A stretch of DNA of 64,000 nt from an uncultured Gemmatimonadaceae bacterium (lineage in GTDB: Bacteria > Gemmatimonadota > Gemmatimonadetes > Gemmatimonadales > Gemmatimonadaceae). Positions 55,695 to 64,000 of this stretch are shown in pieces. The stretch spans positions 64,001 through 128,000 of the forward strand of contig CAWGJO010000004.1 of NCBI GenBank assembly GCA_963822945.1, in the 5' to 3' direction. The notes below the pieces were generated by a model. It saw nothing but the letters and a program-made list of their open reading frames with translations, made no database searches and had not been told where the DNA came from. Positions within the stretch are counted from its first letter, which is position 1; each line of letters begins with the position of its first letter. The translations under genes were made by a program, and so were the position numbers.

Positions 55695-56660
55695 ATGCAA
55701 GCATTCGGGTTACCCCGCCGTCTGGCGGGTGCGTTCACGGTTCTGCTGGTCGCGGTTGGGCCGGCGGCGTGCGGCCGCGGCGCCGAGCAGGGCGCGGCCA
55801 AGACCACCAAGACCATCGGCGTCTCGCTGCTCACCCGCGAGGACGAGTTCTATCGCCAGCTCGAGGCGGGACTGCGGCAGGCGGCCAAGGCGCATGGCTA
55901 CGCGCTGGTGCTCAACTCCGGCGATCGCGACCTCGCCAAGCAGCAGTCGCAGATCGACGACTTCATCGTGCAACACGTGGACGCCATCGTCGTCTGTCCG
56001 GTGGACTCCAAGGGCATCGGGCCCGCCATCCAGCGGGCGAATGCGGCCAAAATCCCCGTGTTCACCGCCGATATCGGAGCCGACGGCGGGCAGGTGGTGT
56101 CGCACGTCGCGTCCGACAACGTGGCGGGGGGAAAGCTGGCCGCCGAGTACATCGCCAAGGCGATCGGCGGCAAGGGTGACGTGGGCCTGATCGGCGAACC
56201 GGACGTGCAGTCGACCATCGACCGCGAAGCCGGATTCAAGGAGGCCCTGAAGGCCTACCCGAACATCCACCTCGTGGCCAACCTCAACGGCTACGGGACG
56301 CGCGACCATGCGCTCAAGGCGGCCGACGACATGCTGCAGGCGCACCCGAAGCTCAACGCGATCTTCGCCATCAACGACGAGTCCGCGCTCGGTGCGCTCT
56401 CCAGCGCCCAGTCCCACCACGACGCCCGGTTGGTGATCGTGGGCTACGACGCCGGCGCCGAGGCGCGGAAGGCGATCGCCGGGGGGACGCCGCTTCGCGC
56501 GGACGTGGCGCAGCAGCCGATGAAGATCGGCGAGGAGACGATCAACGCCATTGCCGACTACCTGGCGGGCAAGACGCCGCCGGCGCGCATCGCCGTGCCG
56601 GTGCGCATCGTCGACGCCGACTCGGTGAAGGCGATGACGGCGGTGGCGTCCGGCAAGTAG
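55695..56660 (+). CDS. Sugar (ribose-type, CUT2) ABC transporter substrate-binding lipoprotein, RbsB-like
   Basis: Lipobox PAAC, DLAKQQSQIDDFI, PVFTAD, HVASDNVAGG, R.AGF, FAINDESALGA, VGYDA, VAQQP. Confidence 0.88.
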   Translation: MQAFGLPRRLAGAFTVLLVAVGPAACGRGAEQGAAKTTKTIGVSLLTREDEFYRQLEAGLRQAAKAHGYALVLNSGDRDLAKQQSQIDDFIVQHVDAIVVCPVDSKGIGPAIQRANAAKIPVFTADIGADGGQVVSHVASDNVAGGKLAAEYIAKAIGGKGDVGLIGEPDVQSTIDREAGFKEALKAYPNIHLVANLNGYGTRDHALKAADDMLQAHPKLNAIFAINDESALGALSSAQSHHDARLVIVGYDAGAEARKAIAGGTPLRADVAQQPMKIGEETINAIADYLAGKTPPARIAVPVRIVDADSVKAMTAVASGK

Positions 56661-56664
56661 CCGC

Positions 56665-58152
56665 GTGGAACTCGCCGCCGACGCGTTGGTCAAACGGTAT
56701 CCCGGGGTGCTCGCGCTGGACGGCGTGAGCATCGTCGTGCGCGGCGGTGAGGTCCACGCCGTGGCGGGGGAGAACGGGGCCGGCAAATCCACCCTGATGA
56801 AGATCCTCTCCGGCGCCGTGCGGCCCGACGCCGGCACGCTGACCGTCGACGGCCAGCTGGTCCGCTTCGAGACCCCGCACGACGCGCATGCCGCCGGGAT
56901 CCGGATGATCCATCAGGAGTTGAGTCTCGTGCCGGAGCTGTCGGTGGCCGAGAACATCTTCCTGGGCGCCGAGCCGCGACATCGCGGAATCGTGGACCGC
57001 GACCGGCAGACGCGCGACGCGCGCGCGGTGCTCGACCGCCTGGGGCAAACGCAGCTCGACCCGGGCGCGCGGGTGGCGGATCTGCCGCTGGCGGCGCGCC
57101 AGATGACCGAGATCGCCAAGGCGGTCGCGGCCCGGGCCCGGGTGCTGATCATGGACGAGCCCACCGCCATCCTGGCGCAGGCCGAGACCGACGTGCTGTT
57201 CCGCGTCATCGAGCAGCTCCGCGACGAGGGCGTGGCGGTGGTGTACATCTCGCACCGGCTGGACGAGATCTTCCGTGTGGCAAACCGCGTCACCGTGCTT
57301 CGCGACGGACAGCGGGTGACGACGGCGCCGGTGTCCGAACTTTCGCGTGGCGAGATCGTACGGCTGATGGTGGGGCGCGAACTCGCCACCGGCTATCCGG
57401 CCCGAACCGCGGAACCGGGGGCCGAGATGCTGCGACTGGAAGGCGTCAGCGCGGGGCCGGTTCACGACGCGTCGCTCGTGCTGCGCCGCGGTGAGATCGT
57501 TGGGCTGGTGGGGCTCATCGGCGCCGGGCGTACCGAGCTGGCACAGGCCATTTTCGGCGCGACGCCGATGCGAGCAGGGCAGATGCTGCTGGAGGGCGCG
57601 CCGTTCCGGCCGCGGTCGCCGCGCGAGGCCATCGACGCCGGCGTGGCGCTCCTGCCGGAAGACCGCAAGCGGCAGGGACTCGTGCTCATGGGCGCCATCC
57701 GCGAGAACGTTTCGCTGCCGTCCCTCCCGACGCTGGCGCCCCGGGGCGTGGTGGACCGGGCCCGCGAGCGCGCCGGCGTCGAGAAGTGGATCGAGGCGCT
57801 GGGCATTCGCACGCCGTCGCTCGATCGGCCCGCGCAGCAGCTCTCGGGAGGCAATCAGCAGAAGGTGGTGCTGGCCCGCTGGATGCTGCGCCACTCCCGC
57901 GTGTTGCTGTTCGACGAACCCACGCGGGGCATCGACGTGGGCGCCAAAGCCGAGATCTACGCGCTCATGCGGCGGCTGGCCGAGGACGGCGCGGCGATTC
58001 TCATGATATCCTCCGACCTTCCCGAGGCACTCGGCATGGCCGACCGGCTGATCGCGATGCGCAACGGACGCATCGTGGGGCAACTGACGCGCGACGAGGC
58101 GACGCAGGACCGCGTCGCGACGCTCATCCTCGGCGAGAGCGCGGCGGCATGA
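56665..58152 (+). CDS. Sugar ABC transporter ATP-binding protein (double NBD), RbsA-like
   Basis: GENGAGKST, HQEL, IMDEPT, YISHRL, PEDRK, LSGGNQQKV, DEPTRGIDVGAK, ISSDLPE. Confidence 0.93.
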   Translation: MELAADALVKRYPGVLALDGVSIVVRGGEVHAVAGENGAGKSTLMKILSGAVRPDAGTLTVDGQLVRFETPHDAHAAGIRMIHQELSLVPELSVAENIFLGAEPRHRGIVDRDRQTRDARAVLDRLGQTQLDPGARVADLPLAARQMTEIAKAVAARARVLIMDEPTAILAQAETDVLFRVIEQLRDEGVAVVYISHRLDEIFRVANRVTVLRDGQRVTTAPVSELSRGEIVRLMVGRELATGYPARTAEPGAEMLRLEGVSAGPVHDASLVLRRGEIVGLVGLIGAGRTELAQAIFGATPMRAGQMLLEGAPFRPRSPREAIDAGVALLPEDRKRQGLVLMGAIRENVSLPSLPTLAPRGVVDRARERAGVEKWIEALGIRTPSLDRPAQQLSGGNQQKVVLARWMLRHSRVLLFDEPTRGIDVGAKAEIYALMRRLAEDGAAILMISSDLPEALGMADRLIAMRNGRIVGQLTRDEATQDRVATLILGESAAA

Positions 58153-59105
58153 CCTCCTCGCCGGCGCGGTGGCAGCGCATTGCCGACTACATGCTCGTGG
58201 TGGCGACGGTGGTGGAGGCGGCGGTGTTCGCCGGCATCGCTCCCGGGTTCTTCTCGCTCGCCAACGCGGTGAACGTGCTGCTGAGCGTGGCCGTCACGGG
58301 CATCCTCGCCGTCGGCATGACGGCGGTGATCCTCACGGCGGGCATCGATCTGTCGGTGGGATCGGTGGTGGCGCTCACCGGCGTCACCGGCGCGATGGCC
58401 GCGTCGCACGGCTTCATGCCGGCCACGATGGCGCTCATCGTCGCCGTGCTCGTCGGGACGGCCACCGGCGTGGTGAACGGGACGCTGACCGCCTATCTGC
58501 AGGTGCCGGCGTTCGTGTCGACGCTGGCCATGCTCACCATCGCGCGGGGGCTGGCCTTCATCGTGTCCGGCGGGCGCAGCATCGGCGACCTGCCGTCGTC
58601 GTTCGGCGCGCTGGGACGGTCGGTGCTGCTCGGCATTCCGGCGCCGGTGCTCGTGATGGCGGCGGTGATGCTGGTGGGCGCGTTCGTGCTCCGCCGCACC
58701 GTGTTCGGCCGCCACATCTACGCCATCGGCGGCAACACCGAGGCGGCGTGGCTGGCCGGCGTGAACACCAAGCGGGTGATCTGGTGGGTGTACGTGCTCA
58801 ACGGCGCGCTGGCGGGCATCGGCGGGCTGACGCTGGCCTCGCGACTCGGCGCGGGCGTGCCGAACGCGGGGCAACAGTACGAATTGGACGTGATCGCGGC
58901 GGTGGTCGTGGGCGGCGCCTCTCTGTTCGGCGGCCGCGGGACGATAGCCGGCACGCTCTGGGGTACGGTGTTCATCGGCGTGCTGACCAATGGGCTCAAT
59001 CTGGCGAACGTCGATCCCTACGTGCAGAAGATCGCGCTGGGCGTGGTGATCGTGTTGGCGGTGATCGGCGACGAGATCAGCCGCCGGAAGCGCGCGACGG
59101 GGTAG
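58149..59105 (+). CDS. Sugar ABC transporter permease, RbsC-like
   Basis: ILTAGIDLSVGS, PAFVSTL, FGRHIYAIGGN..AA.LAG, YELDVIAAVVVGGASL.GG.G. Confidence 0.93.
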   Translation: MTSSPARWQRIADYMLVVATVVEAAVFAGIAPGFFSLANAVNVLLSVAVTGILAVGMTAVILTAGIDLSVGSVVALTGVTGAMAASHGFMPATMALIVAVLVGTATGVVNGTLTAYLQVPAFVSTLAMLTIARGLAFIVSGGRSIGDLPSSFGALGRSVLLGIPAPVLVMAAVMLVGAFVLRRTVFGRHIYAIGGNTEAAWLAGVNTKRVIWWVYVLNGALAGIGGLTLASRLGAGVPNAGQQYELDVIAAVVVGGASLFGGRGTIAGTLWGTVFIGVLTNGLNLANVDPYVQKIALGVVIVLAVIGDEISRRKRATG

Positions 59106-59118
59106 GGCAGACGCCCGG

Positions 59119-60360
59119 CTAGCGAACCGGCGTCGGTGCCGGCGGGCGATAGTCCACGGCCGCATTCACGATGTTGATGGGACCGAGCGTGGCCAGGTCG
59201 GCGACGATCTTCCACGCCCCCGCCACGCGCCGAAGGTGGAGTTCCGGCCGGTACATGTTGGCGGCGAAGTACGTCACGCCAGCGTCGTCCACGCGATAGA
59301 TGACGTGGGCCAGATCGGCCCCTTCGCGCACGTCCCCGAGCACGGTGAAGTTGGTTCGACCGGTGCCTCGTGCGTATGCGGCTTCGAGCGTGCGGGCCGC
59401 GAACGCCATGGGGCTCAGTCGCGCCAGCTCGCCGATCGTGGTGGCGCCGCCCTGGGTTACCACCGGCACGGTGTCGTACTTGGCGAGATCGGCCGTGTCG
59501 GCGTCGGAACTCCATCCGATCGCGGCCGACTGACCCGGCCGCCGGTTCGCCGCCGTGGGTGCCCCTGCCTTGGCCCATCCCAGAAGATTCCGGATGCCGT
59601 GATCCCGGGAGGCGCGCAGCGTCGTCGAGTCGAAGAGGGCCACGGCCGCGGTCCAATTCTCGTCGCCGATCGCCCGGAAGAACGCCCGCGCGACGTCATC
59701 GGGAGTCTCGGCCGGCTCCGGGCTCGTCGTGTCCGCGTCGACCCGGCCCACGTGGCAGTCGCGCATCGCCTCGCGCGCGTGCCGGGCCGGCCGGTCCAGC
59801 AGCGGAAGATCGGCCACGGCCCGGGTCGAGACGTTGAGCGTCTGCAGGCTGCGGCCGCCACCGCGTTTCATCAGCAGTCCGGGATCGACGACGTAGTCGA
59901 GCGAGATGAGGGTGGAGCGCTCGGCGGCGGCGTGTGCGCGCAACGCGCTGTCGAGCGCGACGCGGGTCATGCCGGCGGGTGCGTGAAACCGGAACACCCC
60001 ATGGGTTTCGGACGATCGCACCAGGTGACCCGCGGAGTCGAGCGTCACCGTGACCGCGACCTCCGGGGCATCGCGGGACGGGTAGTCCACGGTCTCGATT
60101 ACGGCGCCGCTCGGCGTGGTGCGCACGGGCCGGCACTCGAACCGGTCGTAGTGCCAGGGCGCGACGGCGAAGTCAGCGACGGTTGCCGCGGCCGCGCGCG
60201 GGTTCACCGGTACGAAGACGTCCCGTGTCACGGCGGCCTCCCCAGCGGAGGCGGGAGCGGGTGTCGGGGCAGGGGTGGAACGTGGGGCACACCCGGCGGC
60301 TGTCGTGACCAGGGTGAGCGCGGCGAGCCGTCGCAACGGGGAGCGGAGGGCGGGGGGCAT
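59119..60360 (-). CDS. Hypothetical lipoprotein
   Basis: Lipoprotein signal MPPALRSPLRRLAALTLVTTAAG-C and a Pro/Ala linker. No family recognised. Confidence 0.65.
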   Translation of the reverse strand: MPPALRSPLRRLAALTLVTTAAGCAPRSTPAPTPAPASAGEAAVTRDVFVPVNPRAAAATVADFAVAPWHYDRFECRPVRTTPSGAVIETVDYPSRDAPEVAVTVTLDSAGHLVRSSETHGVFRFHAPAGMTRVALDSALRAHAAAERSTLISLDYVVDPGLLMKRGGGRSLQTLNVSTRAVADLPLLDRPARHAREAMRDCHVGRVDADTTSPEPAETPDDVARAFFRAIGDENWTAAVALFDSTTLRASRDHGIRNLLGWAKAGAPTAANRRPGQSAAIGWSSDADTADLAKYDTVPVVTQGGATTIGELARLSPMAFAARTLEAAYARGTGRTNFTVLGDVREGADLAHVIYRVDDAGVTYFAANMYRPELHLRRVAGAWKIVADLATLGPINIVNAAVDYRPPAPTPVR

Positions 60361-60473
60361 ACTGACCTTCAGGGATATGGGCGTTGGTGAACGGACCACG
60401 CCGGCCGGCGACAGTCGACCGGCGCCCCCTAAGTTGCACCACCACCTCCCACCGCGCCAGACCAGAACTCGTA

Positions 60474-60677
60474 TTACGGAGCGGTGCCGCGACTCGGGCG
60501 CATCACACGACGCGCCAGCCAGACCAGGAGCGCGATGGGCAGCGCGATGAAGATCAGGAACTTGAGGGCGACGATCGTGAACAGTCCCACGGCGATGAGC
60601 ACGATCACGGGAATGCCGAGGATCGCCATGGTCAGAAAGGGGCGCAGCGCGAAGAGACGAACGAGAGCGGCAATCAT
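60474..60677 (-). CDS. Small membrane protein (67 aa)
   Basis: Almost entirely hydrophobic, with two TM segments and a basic C-terminus. GGAG upstream on the - strand. Confidence 0.65.
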   Translation of the reverse strand: MIAALVRLFALRPFLTMAILGIPVIVLIAVGLFTIVALKFLIFIALPIALLVWLARRVMRPSRGTAP

Positions 60678-60777
60678 GGGGCACGACTCCGGGCAGGAGG
60701 TATGGCTACCCTACGAGTACACCGGCGTCCGGAGTTTCGCCATCCGACGGATCACGGGGGCGGGTTCCGCCGCTGGG

Positions 60778-61335
60778 TCAGGGGGTCTCGATCTGCACCC
60801 GGCCCTCGACCACGGCCGTCCATCCCGTGGGTCGATGCACGAGTTTGTAGATGCGCTCGAACCGGAGCGGGCCCACGCCGACGCTGGTCGGTGTCGAGTA
60901 GCGTTGCACGTACAGATTCACGCTCGCCGTATCGCCCGGCATCTGGAACACCTCCGAGAACCGGACCACGTAGCCCGCCATCGGGGCGTTGCAGTGGGCC
61001 AGCTTGCCTCCCTGGCTGGTGGGCTCGCAGGTGCCCTGTACGATGTGGCTCTCGAGGAGGCTGTTCCGCAGCCCGCTGGTCATCCTCTCGGTGCCCGCGC
61101 CGTAGCCGCCCGTCCGCGGGAGCAGCCTGGGGTCCAGCAGGAGGTAGAGCGACGGGTCTCCCACCTGGAAGGCGCCGCCCACGGCCTCCTGATAGATCGC
61201 GACCCGGTCGCGGAGCGGCAGGTCGGCCACCTTCAGGCCGTGGCCCCGGACGTACGATTCCGCGGGGTTGGGCGCGCAGCCCACCGTCGCCAGGGCAACG
61301 AAGACGAGAGTCCAGGTGCGGCGTGATGAGATCAT
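60778..61335 (-). CDS. Hypothetical lipoprotein
   Basis: MISSRRTWTLVFVALATVG-C lipobox; globular composition with a Cys pair. Confidence 0.65.
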   Translation of the reverse strand: MISSRRTWTLVFVALATVGCAPNPAESYVRGHGLKVADLPLRDRVAIYQEAVGGAFQVGDPSLYLLLDPRLLPRTGGYGAGTERMTSGLRNSLLESHIVQGTCEPTSQGGKLAHCNAPMAGYVVRFSEVFQMPGDTASVNLYVQRYSTPTSVGVGPLRFERIYKLVHRPTGWTAVVEGRVQIETP

Positions 61336-61464
61336 CGGGGATCGGGATTGGGAGGCAAGACGACCGGAAACCGGTCGTCGGAACCGAGTCGGTGACCGAC
61401 GTCCGCGGCGTGGAGCGTACCGGGTACCGAAATGTAACGCGCTCGATCCGTCATCGGATGCGAG

Positions 61465-61503
61465 CAACGCCGCCCGGCCCCGCATCGGGGCCGGGCGGCG
61501 TTG
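61465..61503 (-). terminator. Putative terminator hairpin downstream of the cupredoxin gene
   Basis: 17-bp perfect stem caacgccgcccggcccc-gcatc-ggggccgggcggcgttg. A second imperfect hairpin is adjacent at 61441-61465. Confidence 0.6.
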
Positions 61504-61528
61504 TCGGAGCCGATGCATAGCCGCCGGG

Positions 61529-62381
61529 TCAGTCGACCTTGGAATTCAGCATCATGCCGTGCATGAAGTGCGGCTTGCCGTCCTTGGCGTCCGGGATGAA
61601 GCACATCGTGACGTAATTCCCGGCGCTGAAATCGGCCGAGAAGTACGCGGTCCGGCCCGGCGCTTCGGGAGCGATGCCGCCGACGGCGTGGGCGGGCGGG
61701 GGCCCGGCCGGCTTCACCATCCATTTCGCGAAATCTTCCGCCGTCTTGCCGGAGTCGAGCTTGATGATCTCGAGCTCGTGCATCTGCGGCCCGTTGTTCG
61801 TGACGGCAAACACGTGGTGACCGGCCGTGATGGGCGTGGAGTACGTGAACGAATAGTCCGCCAGCGCGACGTCGACATCCGCTTTGGGCGCGACGCGACG
61901 TATCCGCGGCAGCGCCGCTGCTCGCCACCGCCGTGAACGCATGCATCATGCCCTTCATGAAGTGCGGTACGCCGCCAGGGACGTCCACCATGCAGAGAAT
62001 CGCATAATTGCCGGGCGTGAGGTTCAGCGTGGCGTTCGTGCTGTTGCCCGGGTCGGGCGCGTTGGGGCCTCCGATCGCGACGGCCCAGGCGGGCGGCGGA
62101 CCGGGGTTTTTGAGGGCCGCCGCGAGGTCGCTCATCGTCTTGCCGCTGTCGAGGCGGAAGATCGTCGCGTGATGGAAGCTCGGCCCGTCGTTGATCAGGG
62201 TGAAGGTGACGAAGCCGGAGGGCACCGTGTCGGGCGCCACGTAGGCGAAGTCCTTGGCATGGATGGTGACGGCTGCGGGTGCGGCAGGCTGCGCAGGGGA
62301 TGCCGGTTTCTCGTGGCTGCTGCAGGCGGCGAGGGCGGCGAGTGCGCCAACGACCGCCACGTACGTGATGCGGGCACGCAT
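61529..62381 (-). CDS. Lipoprotein with two tandem cupredoxin-like (type-1 Cu) domains (frameshift near 61895)
   Basis: Lipobox LAAC. Domain 1: N.G..FHH..PGNYAILCMVDVPGGVPHFMKGM. Domain 2: N.G..MHE..AGNYVTMCFIPDAKDGKPHFMHGM. Confidence 0.75.
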
Positions 62382-62589
62382 GGGGCTGGCCTCAATTGTG
62401 GAGGTGATGAAGGGGAGTGGGACTTCGCGCGGTACGATGCGCCGCCAGGGTTGCGGCGTCAATGCCGACGGCGAGAATCCCCATTGGAGGAGCGGACGCT
62501 AAGAGAGTGCGAGGGAAGCCGCGTGCTCTCGACGCAGTCGCTCGTGGATGGTAGTTTGGCGCGTCACCCACCTGATGGATCCCGAACCC

Positions 62590-64000
62590 ATGTATCGATT
62601 CGTGCGGTCTGCCCCGATGCTCGCGGCAGGCGCAGCGCTGGTTGCGTTCGCCGGTCCCCTTCGCGCCCAGCGCGAGCCCGTCGACACCGCGATGATCGCG
62701 AAGATCCGCGACGTCGGCCTGCACCACTCGCAGGTCATGGACCACATGATCTGGTTGGCCGACATCTACGGGCCGCGCCTCGAGGGCAGCCCGGCCACGG
62801 AGAAGGCCGGGCAGTGGGCGATGAAGACGCTCGAATCGTGGGGTCTCCAGAACGTGCACGAGGAGCGCTTCCCCTTCGGCAAGGGGTGGGAACTGCAGCA
62901 CTTCTACGCCGAGATGGTCGCGCCGCAGGAGCAGCCGATCATCGCCATGCCCAAAGCATGGACGCCCGGCACCAATGGGCCCGTGGAAGCCGAGGTCGTG
63001 CGTCCCGACATCCAGAGCGCGGCCGACTTCGCGAAGTACCACGGCACGCTGCGCGGCAAGATCGTGCTCACCCAGCCGGCGCGCATGGTGCGCATGCTCA
63101 CGGGCAAGATCATCCTCACGTACACGCCGAAAATGATCGATGAGATGATGACGCCACTGCCGCCGGGCTGGAAGCCGCCGGCGCGCCGCCCGACCGCGGC
63201 GCAGGCGTTCCGGCGTCGGCTGTTGAAGTTCTACCAGGACGAGGGCGTGGTGGCACTGCTCGACCGGGGCATGGATGCCGACACGGTCACCGGCGGAAGC
63301 GACCTGACGTGGTACGCGCAGCACACCGACGGCGGCACGTTCATGGTGCATGGCGGGCGGTCCGCACGACGCAACGGCCGGCAGCGGTCTGCCCGAGATC
63401 ACGCTCGCGGTGGAGCACTACAACCGCATGGTGCGCATCCTCGCCAAGGGGGTCCCGGTGAAGATGCGCCTCGACGTGGAAACGAAGTTCTTCGACGAGA
63501 CCACGCCGCGCGGCTTCAACATCATCGGCGACATCCCGGGCACCGATCCCGAACTGAAAGATCAGATCGTGATGATCGGCGCCCATTTCGATTCGTGGCA
63601 CGGGGGTACCGGCGCCACCGACAACGGCGCGGGCGACGCCGCGATGATGGAAGCCATGCGGATCCTCGAGCAGGTCGGAGCCAAGCCACGCCGCACCATC
63701 CGCATCGCGCTGTGGGGCGGGGAGGAGGAAGGACTGCTCGGCTCCAAAGCCTACGCTCGCGCGCACATCGGCGATGTGGCGACCGGCACGCGCAAGCCCG
63801 GTTTCCAGACCTTCGACGCGTACTACAACCTCGACAACGGGAGCGGGAAGATCCGCGGCATCTGGATGGAGAACAATCCGCGTGTGGCGCCGATCTTCAA
63901 GGCATTCCTCGCGCCATTCAGGGACCTGGGCGTCGACTTGTTCAGCCCCCGTCCGGTACGCTCCACCGATCACCAGACCTTCTCCGAGGGCTTCGGCCTT
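62590..64000 (+). CDS. M28/M20-family exported peptidase (carboxypeptidase Q-like); frameshift near 63357; 3' end outside the window
   Basis: Signal peptide MYRFVRSAPMLAAGAALVAFAGPLRA-Q, LADIYGPRLEGS, then GAHFDSWH..GATDNGAG, LWGGEEEGLLGS, YYNLDNG, STDH (Zn ligands). Missing from the ORF track because it has no stop in the window. Confidence 0.85.
   Translation, partial: MYRFVRSAPMLAAGAALVAFAGPLRAQREPVDTAMIAKIRDVGLHHSQVMDHMIWLADIYGPRLEGSPATEKAGQWAMKTLESWGLQNVHEERFPFGKGWELQHFYAEMVAPQEQPIIAMPKAWTPGTNGPVEAEVVRPDIQSAADFAKYHGTLRGKIVLTQPARMVRMLTGKIILTYTPKMIDEMMTPLPPGWKPPARRPTAAQAFRRRLLKFYQDEGVVALLDRGMDADTVTGGSDLTWYAQHTDGGTFMVHGGRSARRNGRQRSARDHARGGALQPHGAHPRQGGPGEDAPRRGNEVLRRDHAARLQHHRRHPGHRSRTERSDRDDRRPFRFVARGYRRHRQRRGRRRDDGSHADPRAGRSQATPHHPHRAVGRGGGRTARLQSLRSRAHRRCGDRHAQARFPDLRRVLQPRQREREDPRHLDGEQSACGADLQGIPRAIQGPGRRLVQPPSGTLHRSPDLLRGLRP

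Noticed and set aside
55695..59105. Assigning rbsB/rbsA/rbsC symbols and ribose specificity
   Set aside because: The CUT2 family is clear, but the substrate cannot be fixed from sequence and no rbsK/rbsD/rbsR is adjacent.

Overview
High-GC bacterial chromosomal window. The FtsZ, MglA and dcw sequences and the gene content suggest Gemmatimonadota; this is an inference, not a search result. There are four blocks. (1) 1-12.4 kb is a tightly coupled + strand operon that joins a cell-polarity GTPase module (TPR, TPR-Roadblock fusion, Roadblock, MglB, MglA) to a protein built from two tandem DnaA-type AAA+ domains with no DNA-binding domain, a DUF4388/MshEN/TPR protein, CheR-CheD-CheB, an ExeA/MshM-like ATPase, two CheW, a TPR protein and an HExxH peptidase. 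No CheA, CheY or receptor gene is visible. This is the best candidate for an undescribed system. (2) 12.5-37.5 kb holds tRNA-Val(TAC), an exported TPR protein, and the dcw cluster rsmH-ftsL-ftsI-murE-murF-mraY-murD-ftsW-murG-murC-ftsQ-ftsA-[ogt, antisense]-ftsZ-M23, followed by a vWA-like protein, ftsY and recG. A perfect DnaA box lies upstream of ftsZ. (3) 37.6-55.3 kb holds a di-heme cytochrome c peroxidase, hypothetical proteins, an M14 peptidase, an RND tripartite pump, a tandem beta-barrel protein and a MacA/MacB/TolC-like exporter with no ATPase gene. (4) 55.7-64 kb holds a ribose-type sugar ABC importer, lipoproteins, a tandem cupredoxin and an M28 peptidase. Many single-base frameshifts, including one in the essential murD, point to long-read consensus errors rather than true pseudogenes. 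No CRISPR array, rRNA, prophage or IS element was seen.
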